64,000 nt of DNA from an uncultured Bacilli bacterium (GTDB taxonomy: Bacteria > Bacillota_I > Bacilli_A > RF39 > UBA660). Below are positions 19,617-30,179 of this stretch, one piece after another. The notes under the pieces were generated by a model. It was not told where the DNA came from. It did not search any database and worked only from the letters and a program-made list of their open reading frames with translations. Each line of letters begins with the position of its first letter. Within the stretch, counting starts at the first letter, position 1. The stretch is taken from assembly GCA_944368815.1 (NCBI GenBank), contig CALVXD010000001.1, forward strand, positions 13,093 to 77,092, given 5' to 3'. The position numbers and the translations under genes are program-made.

Positions 19617-22600
19617 TTAACTATTTAGAGAACCATCTAATCTTTTATAATAATTATATCTATTAATTGCCCATTGTTTTTGATTTTCTAAAATTATATT
19701 AGCTTCATTAGGATTTACTTTCTTTAAGTTAGCATATCTATTTTCTGTCATTAAAAATTCATTGTATTTATCAAAATCAACATTTTTACTATTTAAAATA
19801 AATTTATTATCAACAGGACTATATCTAAATGTTAAAAAGTATCCACAAGTACTTGCTAGTTTAGAATTATCTAAACTATGTTCCATACCTAACTTTATTC
19901 CATGCTCAATACAAGGAGAATAAGCAATAATAATTGATGGACCATTATAGTCATTTGCTTCTTTTAATACTCTTAAATAGTGTTCTGGGTCATATCCCAT
20001 ATTAACCGACGCTACATATACATGAGGATAACACATAGCAATTCTTGCTAAATCTTTTTTATAATTATTTTTCCCATGAGATGTAAATGATGCAATTGAA
20101 CCCATATTACTAGATTTTGATGATTGACCACCAGTATTAGAATATACTTCAGTATCAAGTACTAATATATTTATATTATCATTTTTCGATAACACATGAT
20201 CAAGTCCACCATACCCAATATCATAAGCAAATCCATCACCACCGATAATCCATACTGTATTTTTTACAATATCACTCTTATACTCTTTTAAAAATGGATG
20301 TTTACCATAATCTATTTCATCTCTTACCTTAGTAGTTATTTCATTATTATCCATATTTTCTAACCATAATTTAAATAACTCTTCATCTTTATATTGTTCC
20401 ATATAATTTTTAATTTTTTCTCTTTTTATATTTATTCCATTTAAAATACCTAATCCATATTCAGCATTATCTTCAAATAATGAACTAGCCCACGCTGTCT
20501 TATAAGGCATACTAGGAACTGATGAGCCATATATTGAAGAACATCCAGTTGCATTCGCTATTACTAAATTATCATGGAATACTTGAGTTAGATTTTTTAG
20601 ATATGCCGTTTCTCCACATCCTGCACAAGCACCACTAAATTCAAAGTTTGGCATAATAAATCCTGTGTTTTTTACATTTAATATTTTAGGTTTATATTCA
20701 TTGTTTAGGTTATTTTTTAGTAAGTAGTTAAATGTATCTTCACTATTATCATGATTATTTTTAATCATTGTTAATGCTTTTTTACCATTTTTAGATGGAC
20801 ATACATTAGCACATACTCCACATCCTGTACAATCTTTATAAGATATTCCTAATACATATTTCTTGTCTTTTGGAAATAAAGAATCTATTCCTTCTACTTT
20901 ATCATCATCTTTATTTAATAAAAATGGTCTAATAACTCCATGTGGACAAGCGCTTACACATTTATTACATTGAATACAGTTTTCGCTATTCCAACACGGA
21001 ATATTTTCTGCAATATCTCTTTTCTCATACTGTGTTGTTCCACCTTCAAAGATTCCATCTTTCTTATCTAAAAAGGCACTTACAGGAAGACTGTCACCTT
21101 TTAACATATTTATGGTTTCATTAAAATCTAATTCTTTTTCTTTATCCACAGTTATGTTGATAAACTCTCTGTCTATTTCTACTTTTTCTAATTTTTCTAA
21201 AGCAATATCCACAACTTTGTTGTTAATTTCTACAATGTTATCTCCTTTACTAGCAAATCTTTTTTTATTACTTGATTTTATTAGTTCTAATACTTTATTT
21301 ATATCCATTATATTAATTATTTTAAATATAACTATTTCCATACAAGTACTAATTTTATTTTTAAGTCCAAGTCCATTTACTATTTTATAAGCATCTATTG
21401 TATATAAATTAATATTTTTCTTTGCAAGTAATTTTTTCACTTTATTAGGAAGTGTTTTTAAAAGTTTTTCTTTATCTAAGTTTGTATTTAATATAAGTGT
21501 ACCATTATCTTTAATTTTATCTAAAATATCATATTTATAAATATAACTATCTTTACTAATAACTATTAAAGATGGATTATCCACATAATATGGTGAAGTT
21601 ATTTTTTTATTGCTTATTCTAATATGACTTCTAGTTACACCACCACTTTTTTTAGAATCATATTGAAAATATCCTTGAACATAATTATCAGTATTGTCTC
21701 CGATTATTTTTAATATATCTTTTGAGGTTGAAACCATACCATCTGATCCATAACCGTATATTAAAAATTCAGTCATATCATTGGGAATAGTAAAATTAGA
21801 ATCTACTTTTAAACTTAAATTAGTAACATCATCAGTAATTCCTATTGTGAAGTTATTTTTTCTGTTTTTACTTTTCAAATTATCAAAAACGCTCTTTATC
21901 ATACTAGGAGTAGTGTTTTTAGAAGACAATCCATAACGTCCTCCTATTATATTAATTTTAGTACCAATAAGTGCTGATACAACATCTAAATATAACGGTT
22001 CCCCATAACTTCCATGTTCTTTAGTTCTATCTAACACCGCTATATTCTTAACTGTTTTTGGTATTATTTTCTTTAAATATTCTTTATTAAATGGTCTATA
22101 TAAGTGAACTTCTACAAGGCCATACTTGTTTCCTAATTTATTTAAATAATTTATTGTTTCTTTAATAGTTTCACATACAGAACCCATCGCAATTATGATA
22201 TTATTAGGTTTATCACATCCATAATAATTAAATGGTTTATAATTTGTACCTGCTAAATCATTAATTTTATCCATGTATTCTAATACATTATTAAAGACAT
22301 TTATGTAATCAGTATTTCTGCTTTCCATATGTTGAAAATAAATATCGTCATTTTCAGCGGCACCTCTTGTTGTAGGATTACTTGGATTCATACTTTTATC
22401 TTTAAATTTTTGTAATGCTTCTTTATCTATTAAATTTCCTACTTTTTCCATATCCAATAATTTTATTTTGTTAATTTCATGACTTGTTCTAAATCCATCC
22501 ATAAAATTAATAAATGGGAGTGAAGATTTAATAGCAGATAAATGTGCTACCATCGCCATGTGATATGCTGATTCCACTGATGAAGAAGATAAAATACATA

Positions 22601-23009
22601 CTCCAGTTTGTCTTGTTGCATACACATCTTGGTGATCACCAAAAATACTAAGGGCATGAGTTGATAGACTACGTGCTGATACATGTATTACTGCTGGAAG
22701 CATTTCTCCTGCTAATTTGTATAGCGAAGGTATCATCAATAATAAACCTTGACTTGCTGTAAATGTTGTAGATAATACTCCCGACTGAAGTGCACCATGT
22801 ACTAATGAAACAGCACCTGCTTCAGACTGCATTTCTACTACTTTTACTTTATTATTCCAAAAATTAAGTTCACCACTACTTGACATTACATCAACATTCT
22901 CTGCCATTGGAGAAGCTGGTGTTATCGGATAAATTCCACATAATTCACTAAATTTATAAGCAACACTACTTACTGCAGTATTTCCATCCATTGTTTTATA
23001 TTTATTCAT
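19617..23009 (-). CDS. nifJ: Pyruvate:ferredoxin (flavodoxin) oxidoreductase
   Basis: Single-chain PFOR architecture. Two 4Fe-4S ferredoxin motifs (CIQCNKCVSACP, CTGCGVCANVCP). TPP-binding GGDGFAYDIGYGGLDH. Confidence 0.9.
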   Translation of the reverse strand: MNKYKTMDGNTAVSSVAYKFSELCGIYPITPASPMAENVDVMSSSGELNFWNNKVKVVEMQSEAGAVSLVHGALQSGVLSTTFTASQGLLLMIPSLYKLAGEMLPAVIHVSARSLSTHALSIFGDHQDVYATRQTGVCILSSSSVESAYHMAMVAHLSAIKSSLPFINFMDGFRTSHEINKIKLLDMEKVGNLIDKEALQKFKDKSMNPSNPTTRGAAENDDIYFQHMESRNTDYINVFNNVLEYMDKINDLAGTNYKPFNYYGCDKPNNIIIAMGSVCETIKETINYLNKLGNKYGLVEVHLYRPFNKEYLKKIIPKTVKNIAVLDRTKEHGSYGEPLYLDVVSALIGTKINIIGGRYGLSSKNTTPSMIKSVFDNLKSKNRKNNFTIGITDDVTNLSLKVDSNFTIPNDMTEFLIYGYGSDGMVSTSKDILKIIGDNTDNYVQGYFQYDSKKSGGVTRSHIRISNKKITSPYYVDNPSLIVISKDSYIYKYDILDKIKDNGTLILNTNLDKEKLLKTLPNKVKKLLAKKNINLYTIDAYKIVNGLGLKNKISTCMEIVIFKIINIMDINKVLELIKSSNKKRFASKGDNIVEINNKVVDIALEKLEKVEIDREFINITVDKEKELDFNETINMLKGDSLPVSAFLDKKDGIFEGGTTQYEKRDIAENIPCWNSENCIQCNKCVSACPHGVIRPFLLNKDDDKVEGIDSLFPKDKKYVLGISYKDCTGCGVCANVCPSKNGKKALTMIKNNHDNSEDTFNYLLKNNLNNEYKPKILNVKNTGFIMPNFEFSGACAGCGETAYLKNLTQVFHDNLVIANATGCSSIYGSSVPSMPYKTAWASSLFEDNAEYGLGILNGINIKREKIKNYMEQYKDEELFKLWLENMDNNEITTKVRDEIDYGKHPFLKEYKSDIVKNTVWIIGGDGFAYDIGYGGLDHVLSKNDNINILVLDTEVYSNTGGQSSKSSNMGSIASFTSHGKNNYKKDLARIAMCYPHVYVASVNMGYDPEHYLRVLKEANDYNGPSIIIAYSPCIEHGIKLGMEHSLDNSKLASTCGYFLTFRYSPVDNKFILNSKNVDFDKYNEFLMTENRYANLKKVNPNEANIILENQKQWAINRYNYYKRLDGSLNS

Positions 23010-23074
23010 TTAATCACCTTTTTCTATATTAATTATATAGCAAAGAATTCTTTTTTACAACAAAAAAGGATTAA

Positions 23075-23620
23075 CTATTTGCAAGTTAAGCCTTGGTCTT
23101 CTAATGATTTTTTTAATGTATTATAGTTTCGATTTAAATTAAATTTCTTTAAATCATCATCACTAATTTTTGTAAAATCTATTTCATAAGTTACTTTATA
23201 TTTATTTTGTTCATTTTCATCTACAATACCTTTAAATCCATTAATTTCACCATATTCATTTAATCTATTAGTGTACATTGTCTTAATACCTGCTAAATCT
23301 AATATAGCATCAGTTGCACCATCAATAGCATCTCCTACTTTACCGTCGACAATACCATCTTTTTTATTATCATCATCTTCAGTAGTACCATCAGTTCCTG
23401 TTCCTACACCATCTTCAGTATTGTCAACTACTTCGCTATATTCATATACTATTTTTGTAAAATTTACATCATTATCTGTATATGTAATATCATAAGATGT
23501 TTTAGTAGTTAAATTTCCTGATGTAGTAGTGGATTCACAATAAAGTTTTTCTTCCATTGGGGAAGTAGTACATCCACTTGCTATTAATACTGCTACTAAT
23601 AACACTATTAATTTTTTCAT
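23075..23620 (-). CDS. Hypothetical lipoprotein
   Basis: Signal peptide with lipobox LIASGC; acidic, T/D/G-rich mature part. Confidence 0.5.
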   Translation of the reverse strand: MKKLIVLLVAVLIASGCTTSPMEEKLYCESTTTSGNLTTKTSYDITYTDNDVNFTKIVYEYSEVVDNTEDGVGTGTDGTTEDDDNKKDGIVDGKVGDAIDGATDAILDLAGIKTMYTNRLNEYGEINGFKGIVDENEQNKYKVTYEIDFTKISDDDLKKFNLNRNYNTLKKSLEDQGLTCK

Positions 23621-23739
23621 TTTTTTACCTCCAATCTATTAATATTATTAACATTTTTTTACTTTTTAATATACCAATTTTTTACATAATTTGATAAAAA
23701 AATTATTTTATGATAATATTTAATTAAGGATGTGATATT

Positions 23740-24372
23740 ATGTCAAAATACGAAAAAGCAAATAAAAATTTTGAAAAAATTAATGTAAATGATGTTTTAG
23801 TCGATGGCGAAACAATTATATGGAATGGTAAACCTAAAAAATCTGCTTATATAATTAATAAGTTTTTTACAATGTTACCTTTTGCCATAATTTGGTTAAT
23901 GTTTGATAGTATTTTTATTATTAGTTTTATTGCTTCAGGAAGTTTTATGGAAATGCTTTGGTTTATAATTCCATTTTTTGCATTACACTTAATGCCTGTA
24001 TGGATATGGTTAAGTAATATACTTACTGCTAAAAAGAATTGGGAAAATACTGAATATTACGTTACTGATAAAAGAATTATTATTGAGTCAGGATTTATTG
24101 GTATGAACTATCAAACTATATATTATAAAGATATAAAAAATGTTTATTTAAGAATTGGTGTTATTGATAGACTACTTAAAGTTGGAGATATTTATTTTGA
24201 TATTAATCAAAATAGAACACAATTTTTCTTAGATTTAGAAAATCCTTATGAACTATATACAAAACTTCAAAAAATAGTTTTAGATATTCAAACTGATATA
24301 GAGTTTCCAAATAATTTAAGACCTAATGAAAACAATGGATACAACACTAAATATATACCAAAAGAAAAGTAG
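23740..24372 (+). CDS. Membrane protein with bacterial PH domain (YdbT/DUF304-like)
   Basis: Two TM helices followed by a bPH-like segment (YYVTDKRIIIESGFIGMNYQTIYYKDIKNVYLRIGVIDRLLKVGDIYF). Confidence 0.55.
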   Translation: MSKYEKANKNFEKINVNDVLVDGETIIWNGKPKKSAYIINKFFTMLPFAIIWLMFDSIFIISFIASGSFMEMLWFIIPFFALHLMPVWIWLSNILTAKKNWENTEYYVTDKRIIIESGFIGMNYQTIYYKDIKNVYLRIGVIDRLLKVGDIYFDINQNRTQFFLDLENPYELYTKLQKIVLDIQTDIEFPNNLRPNENNGYNTKYIPKEK

Positions 24373-24394
24373 CTTTAACCGCTACTTTTTATCA

Positions 24395-25780
24395 TTAAAA
24401 ATCACAATTTCCTGGAGTTCTAGGATAAGGAATTACATCTCTTATATTATCTACTCCTGTTAAATAAATTAATAATCTTTCAAATCCCATACCAAATCCT
24501 GAGTGTACACATGTACCAAATTTTCTTAAATTAATATACCAATCTAGTTCTTCTTTATTCATATTTAACTCGTCCATACGATTAATTAATTTTTCGTATG
24601 ATTCTTCTCTTTGAGAACCTCCCATAAGTTCTCCAGCACCAGGAACTTCTAAGTCAACTGCTGCTACTGTTTTTCCATCTGGATTTGCTTTCATATAAAA
24701 TGCTTTTATATCTTTAGGCCAATTTTTAATAAATACTGGTCCATTAAAATATTCTGTAATATATTTTTCATGTTCTTTTGCTATATCTTCACCATATTCT
24801 GGAGCAAATTCCCATTTTACTTTAGCTTCTTTTAATATTTTAATAACTTCTTCATGATCTATTCTAGTAAATTTGCTATTTACTAATTTTGTTAATTTAT
24901 CAATAAGTCCATTTTCAACAAATTTATCTAAAAATTCTAATTCAGTTTTAGCCTTATCTAATACATATGAAACAATATACTTTAGCATGTCTTCTTCAAT
25001 ATCCATAAGTTCTTCTAAATCACAAAAAGCTATTTCTGGCTCAATCATCCAAAATTCTGAAGCATGTGTTTTAGTATTAGAATTTTCTGCTCTAAAAGTT
25101 GGTCCAAAAGTATATACTTTTTTAAATGCCATAGCAAATGTTTCAGCTTCTAATTGACCAGTTACTGTTAATCCTACTTTTTTACCAAAGAAATCTCTTT
25201 TATAATCAATATTACCCTCTTTATCTAATGGTAACTTATTTAAATCTAAAGTAGTTATATTAAACATTTCCCCAGCACCTTCACCATCATTTGCAGTTAT
25301 TAATGGTGTATGTACATAAACATATCCTCTTTCTTGAAAATAAGTGTGAATTGCATGTGCTGCTAAACTACGTATTCTAAATACTGCTTGAAAAAGCGCT
25401 GCTCTTGGTCTTAAGTATCCTATTTCTCTAAAAAACTCTCTAGTATGTCTTTTTGGTTGTAATGGATAATCTTCTGGACAATCTCCTAATAATTCAATTT
25501 TAGTTGCACTTACTTCAAATTCTTGCCCTTTCGCTGGAGATTCTATTACCTTACCAACTACTTTAATAGAGGTACCAATATGATATTTAGTAACATCTTC
25601 ATAATTATCTAACTTTGTATCATAAACAACTTGAATACTTTTAAAACAAGTACCATCATAAAAATCTATAAATCCAAAATCTTTTTGTTTTCTATGATTT
25701 CTAATCCAACCACTTAATTCAACTTCTTTTCCTATATAGTCTTCTTCGTATAATTTTTTAATATCTAACATAATAATCAA
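24395..25780 (-). CDS. asnS: Asparagine--tRNA ligase
   Basis: Class IIb aaRS with an N-terminal OB fold; motif 3 region GFGMGFERLLIYLTGVDNIRDVIPYPRTPG. Confidence 0.9.
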   Translation of the reverse strand: MIIMLDIKKLYEEDYIGKEVELSGWIRNHRKQKDFGFIDFYDGTCFKSIQVVYDTKLDNYEDVTKYHIGTSIKVVGKVIESPAKGQEFEVSATKIELLGDCPEDYPLQPKRHTREFFREIGYLRPRAALFQAVFRIRSLAAHAIHTYFQERGYVYVHTPLITANDGEGAGEMFNITTLDLNKLPLDKEGNIDYKRDFFGKKVGLTVTGQLEAETFAMAFKKVYTFGPTFRAENSNTKTHASEFWMIEPEIAFCDLEELMDIEEDMLKYIVSYVLDKAKTELEFLDKFVENGLIDKLTKLVNSKFTRIDHEEVIKILKEAKVKWEFAPEYGEDIAKEHEKYITEYFNGPVFIKNWPKDIKAFYMKANPDGKTVAAVDLEVPGAGELMGGSQREESYEKLINRMDELNMNKEELDWYINLRKFGTCVHSGFGMGFERLLIYLTGVDNIRDVIPYPRTPGNCDF

Positions 25781-25864
25781 CCTTTCATTTATGTATTATA
25801 TCAAAAAGAAAAAAAATATGCAATTAATATTACTAAATATAATAATATTGCATATTGAACAAAC

Positions 25865-26218
25865 TTATCTTAATTTTTTATTAATTAAATTAATAGAACG
25901 TTTTATATCTTTTAACATACTATCATAAAGTGCTGGATAATGTCTTATTTCTTGTATTAATTCAATATCATCGCTTGAAATAGAGCCAACATATTCTTTT
26001 GTATCTTCAAATACTATTGGTACTTCTCTTCCTAATAAATAATCAGTAGTAGTTCCAAAAGTATCAGCAAGTAACGCAAAAGTTTCTAAACTAGGTGTTC
26101 TAGTTCCGTTTTCATATCCGCATATAGAGACCTTAGTAACACCAATTATATCTCCTAACTCTTGTTGAGATAATCCTTTTTCAATTCTCATGTCTCTAAT
26201 TCTTTTTCCAATTAACAT
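25865..26218 (-). CDS. XRE family HTH transcriptional regulator
   Basis: HTH_3 core LSQQELGDIIGVTKVSICGYENGTRTPSLE. Confidence 0.7.
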   Translation of the reverse strand: MLIGKRIRDMRIEKGLSQQELGDIIGVTKVSICGYENGTRTPSLETFALLADTFGTTTDYLLGREVPIVFEDTKEYVGSISSDDIELIQEIRHYPALYDSMLKDIKRSINLINKKLR

Positions 26219-26410
26219 ATAATTCCCTCTTTCTATATTACCCTAGTTATCACTCCGTTAATAATATTTTAGTATATAAAAATATCTTTTTTATTAATAT
26301 TAACTAAATAGTAATGTTTAGATAAGTTTTTTTCATTTAGTCAAGTGTTTTTGAATATTTTTTAATATTTGTTGATTAAAATATGTTCATTTCTCGCAAA
26401 ATTTATACGA

Positions 26411-26740
26411 TTATTCCTTATTACTTGACGATAAGAAAGTAACTCTTTCTGCTACAATCTCTGTTTTTTTCTTTTTAGTACCATCTTCTTTTTCTACTAT
26501 TCTAGATTGAACTCTTCCTTTTACGCCAATCATGTCTCCTGTTTTGCAATACTCAGCAGTATTTTCCGCTACTCCAGTCCACAATACACATTCTAAAAAA
26601 TCTGTATCATATTGCCCATCTTGATTCTTGTAATTTCTAGGAACCGCCAAGGTAATTACCGAAGTTTTTCTTCCATTATCAGTAATTCTTAACTCGGGGG
26701 TCTTTACCAATCTTCCCACTAACACTATCTGATTAAGCAT
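26411..26740 (-). CDS. Tail-less single-stranded DNA-binding protein paralog (SsbB-like, 109 aa)
   Basis: OB fold typical of SSB (IVLVGRLVKTPELR...FLECVLWTGVAENTAEYCKTGDMIGVKGRVQSR), but lacks the acidic C-terminal D-D-[IL]-P-F tip that the canonical ssb at 36895 has. Confidence 0.7.
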   Translation of the reverse strand: MLNQIVLVGRLVKTPELRITDNGRKTSVITLAVPRNYKNQDGQYDTDFLECVLWTGVAENTAEYCKTGDMIGVKGRVQSRIVEKEDGTKKKKTEIVAERVTFLSSSNKE

Positions 26741-27020
26741 ATTTTCCTCCTTTCGAAGGGAAGTCTATCACTTAATCAAATAATTGTAAAAATTTTTTTT
26801 ACTACTTTTAAATAAAAAATTTTAAAATTTAAACTTAAATAATTAAATTTTTATATCATTATTTTTATTATTATATTTTAAAATTTTATTATTTCCCAAA
26901 TTAATTCTATATTATCTTTTATTAATTTATTAACACTACAAGCAATTTATTTTCTTTTTTTTACATATATATATTATATTAATTAAATGTTAATATCAAA
27001 AATTACTAAATACACATTTT

Positions 27021-28298
27021 TTATTTTAGCATATTTTCTTTAATTGTTTTAACAATAGCCTCAGCAATACTATCTTGTTTATTTTGAATAACTTCAAAAT
27101 CACTACTATTTGTTATATAACCAAGTTCTAACACATATGATTCCGATCCTCTATTACTATTATAATATGGATTTACCCCTACTTTTTCAGGATTACTATC
27201 ATCTATATATGCACCTGTAACTATTCCTCCTGTTTCTCTAATCATATAATAATAATTTGAATTAGTAGTTATATTATAAGGTTCATAGTCTTTTTCTTCA
27301 TATCCCGCTAATGAATTAGCTATTTCTGTTTCAGAAAAGCTATGACTATATACTCCGTTATATAATTTGTATGTTTTCTGATTTGAATATTCAATTCCAG
27401 TCATTGATGTAATATTTTCCGCTAACGCTTTTGCAAAATCATAGTTTATATTAGCAGGGCTATAAATTTCAAGCCCATTTACAGATGATACACTATTACT
27501 GTTAAAATGAATAGAAAACAAATATTTGGAATATACTTCTGAAGATATAACGGCTCTTCCACCATCATTATATTCGTCCATAACTTCATTTTGTGATAAT
27601 TCTCCTCTTGTAAGAATTACATTATATCCTTCTTCTTCTAACTTTTCTTGAATTAATTTAGATAAAGAATAAGTAAAATCTCTTTCACTATATCCAAATG
27701 CTTCTGCTCCACCATCCATTCCACCGTGTCCTGGATCAATTACTATATCAGCAACTTTTTTGCTATCTTTCTTTTCATTTACATTAAGCATCATTGTCTT
27801 ATAATCATTATCACTATTAATTAAAATTTTATTATTAACATTACTAAATGTATAATATTCTGTATCTGGATATTCTGTTTTATTATCTAAAACATAATAC
27901 TTTTCAATTTTATTTTCTGGATCTTCTTTTTTTTCATATATAGCTTTAATAAACATATAATAGTCTCCTCTTGCTATATCTTCTAAATATAATCCATTAT
28001 TTACTTCATCACTTAAATTAAACGTTAATAAATTACCATCATCTTCATAATTTATTTCAATATTTTTAAATTCACCATTATATAGAGTTAAATATATTTC
28101 TTCAAAATTACTATCACCTATATTTAAACTACCTTCCATATTTAAGTGCGTTCCATAAACATAATATTTTGTTACATTAACTTTTTCTTCTTCCGTTTCC
28201 AAAACAGGTATTCCTTTTTCGCTAAAAAAGTATTTATAGCCAAAGTATCCTCCTACTGCTATAATTGCAATAACTATAATAAGTATTATTTTTTTCAT
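27021..28298 (-). CDS. N-acetylmuramoyl-L-alanine amidase (Amidase_3) with an N-terminal TM anchor
   Basis: IDPGHGGMDGGAE...ERD...SIHFNS zinc-amidase motifs in the C-terminal half. Confidence 0.8.
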   Translation of the reverse strand: MKKIILIIVIAIIAVGGYFGYKYFFSEKGIPVLETEEEKVNVTKYYVYGTHLNMEGSLNIGDSNFEEIYLTLYNGEFKNIEINYEDDGNLLTFNLSDEVNNGLYLEDIARGDYYMFIKAIYEKKEDPENKIEKYYVLDNKTEYPDTEYYTFSNVNNKILINSDNDYKTMMLNVNEKKDSKKVADIVIDPGHGGMDGGAEAFGYSERDFTYSLSKLIQEKLEEEGYNVILTRGELSQNEVMDEYNDGGRAVISSEVYSKYLFSIHFNSNSVSSVNGLEIYSPANINYDFAKALAENITSMTGIEYSNQKTYKLYNGVYSHSFSETEIANSLAGYEEKDYEPYNITTNSNYYYMIRETGGIVTGAYIDDSNPEKVGVNPYYNSNRGSESYVLELGYITNSSDFEVIQNKQDSIAEAIVKTIKENMLK

Positions 28299-28388
28299 AT
28301 ATACGCCTCCAATTATATATATTTATTTGACTACATTATATCATAAATAAAAAAAAAGAAAAGAGTTATAACACTTTTCGACATTTAT

Positions 28389-28811
28389 TTACATGGATTT
28401 TTCCAATATTTCTTTAATTTTTCTAGACGCTAATGTTGCACATATTTTCCTAGATGGTTGCTTACTTATATCATCAAAAGCTAACAACTCATTCAATACA
28501 TTTATATCATAATCTAATCCTTCTACCATTTTTTCATAATTGTTAATTATATATAAAGCATCATTTATATTTTTATTAATTAAATTCTTTATTAAAGTTA
28601 CCGTAGAAGATATTGCAATAACACATGCTTCACCATTAAATTTTATATCTTCAATTATATTATTATTAATTTTTATATATATATTAATATTATCTATACA
28701 TGAAGTATTTTTACTATTTACTTTAATATAATCATCTTCATCAACATCTTTTCTATTAGTATTATCTTGATAATTACTTAATATAATATTTCTTCTTTCA
28801 TTACTATCCAT
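28389..28811 (-). CDS. SufU/IscU-like Fe-S cluster scaffold (variant)
   Basis: Three cysteine motifs aligned to SufU: TSCID (SufU has CGD), GEACVIAISS, SRKICATL. Lies immediately downstream of the cysteine desulfurase. Confidence 0.6.
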   Translation of the reverse strand: MDSNERRNIILSNYQDNTNRKDVDEDDYIKVNSKNTSCIDNINIYIKINNNIIEDIKFNGEACVIAISSTVTLIKNLINKNINDALYIINNYEKMVEGLDYDINVLNELLAFDDISKQPSRKICATLASRKIKEILEKSM

Positions 28812-28820
28812 ATATTACTC

Positions 28821-30017
28821 CTATAAAATTTCATTATATATATTTTTACTATTTTTTAGTACATTAATTAGCAAATCAATCTCTTCTTTTGTATTATAAA
28901 AGCTTAAACTTATTCTACAAGTGTTATTTACTTTTAGTGCATCACTTAAAATCTTAGCACAATGATTTCCTGATCTTACACATATATTATATTTATCTAA
29001 GTATATTGCTGTATCTTGAGCAAAAACATTTTTTATATTAAACGCAATAGAACCTGAATCTACATTACTATTATATACTTCTACAAATTCTAACTCTTTT
29101 AACCTATCAATTAAATATTTTCTTAAGTTTTTTTCATATAATTCTATTTTTTCTATTCCAATACTATTTATATAGTCAATAGCACTAGAAAGTCCAATAA
29201 CGCCTTCAATATTAGGTGTTCCTGCTTCAAATCTAGTAGGTACTTCTCTTAATTCAATATATCCATCTTTGGTAAATATTGCATTCATACCACCACCATA
29301 ATTAATCGGAGACATTTCTTCTAACAAATCATATTTACCATACAATACTCCAATACCTGTTGGTCCATACATTTTATGCCCAGAAAACACTAAAAAATCA
29401 ATATTCATCTTTTGAACATTTACTTTTGTATGTGCTATACTTTGAGCAGCATCTACTACTAATAATATATCATTTTTATGAGCATGTTTAGATATTTCTT
29501 CTATTGGTCTTACATCTCCCACAACATTTGTAATGTGAGCAAGTGATATTACTTTTGTCTTATTTGTAATTGCTTTTTTTACATTATCAATAGTTACTTT
29601 ATAATCATTATTTAGTTCAATATATTTAACTTTAATCCCTATTTCTTTTTGTAAAACAAACCATGGTAATATATTCGAAGCGTGTTCACTTACTGTTATT
29701 AATACTTCATCGTCTTTTTTTAATTTATTTTTAAAGTATCCAAACACTATATAATTTAATGATTGAGTAGCACCTGAAGTAAATACTATTTCGCTACTTT
29801 CTTTAGCATTAATAAAATTCTTTATTTTATTTCTTGTTTCTTCATATTTATTATCAACAATTAAACTAGTTTTATAGTCTCCCCTATGTGCATTAGCAGT
29901 GTAATTATCATAATAATCATCAATTGCTTCTTTTACACAATTAGGCTTTAATGTAGTCGCACCGTTATCAAAATATATAATATTATTTTTTAACATATTA
30001 AAATCTTCTCTATTCAT
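28821..30017 (-). CDS. Cysteine desulfurase (class V aminotransferase, SufS/Csd-like)
   Basis: PLP-lysine region SGHKMYGPTGIGVLYGK; C-terminal catalytic Cys loop RSGNHCA. Confidence 0.85.
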   Translation of the reverse strand: MNREDFNMLKNNIIYFDNGATTLKPNCVKEAIDDYYDNYTANAHRGDYKTSLIVDNKYEETRNKIKNFINAKESSEIVFTSGATQSLNYIVFGYFKNKLKKDDEVLITVSEHASNILPWFVLQKEIGIKVKYIELNNDYKVTIDNVKKAITNKTKVISLAHITNVVGDVRPIEEISKHAHKNDILLVVDAAQSIAHTKVNVQKMNIDFLVFSGHKMYGPTGIGVLYGKYDLLEEMSPINYGGGMNAIFTKDGYIELREVPTRFEAGTPNIEGVIGLSSAIDYINSIGIEKIELYEKNLRKYLIDRLKELEFVEVYNSNVDSGSIAFNIKNVFAQDTAIYLDKYNICVRSGNHCAKILSDALKVNNTCRISLSFYNTKEEIDLLINVLKNSKNIYNEIL

Positions 30018-30179
30018 ACTACCACCTCCAGCTATAATATTTTATTCATATTACATACTATCACAAATTATATTAATCTATTTATAACCAATTTCTGTGG
30101 TTATTCTATCATATTTTATTTTTTTTGTAAAGTTTGTATAAAAATTAAAAAAGCAATACATAATATAATAGATATTTGA

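Noticed and set aside
25781-25864. T-box leader upstream of asnS.
   Set aside because: Intergenic space is only about 85 nt with no AGGGUGGNACCGCG T-box core. It is too short for a T-box riboswitch.
25865-26740. Prophage or ICE remnant interpretation for the XRE plus tail-less SSB.
   Set aside because: No integrase, terminase, att-like repeats or other phage genes nearby. Flanks are asnS and a cell-wall amidase. Kept only as an SsbB-like paralog.
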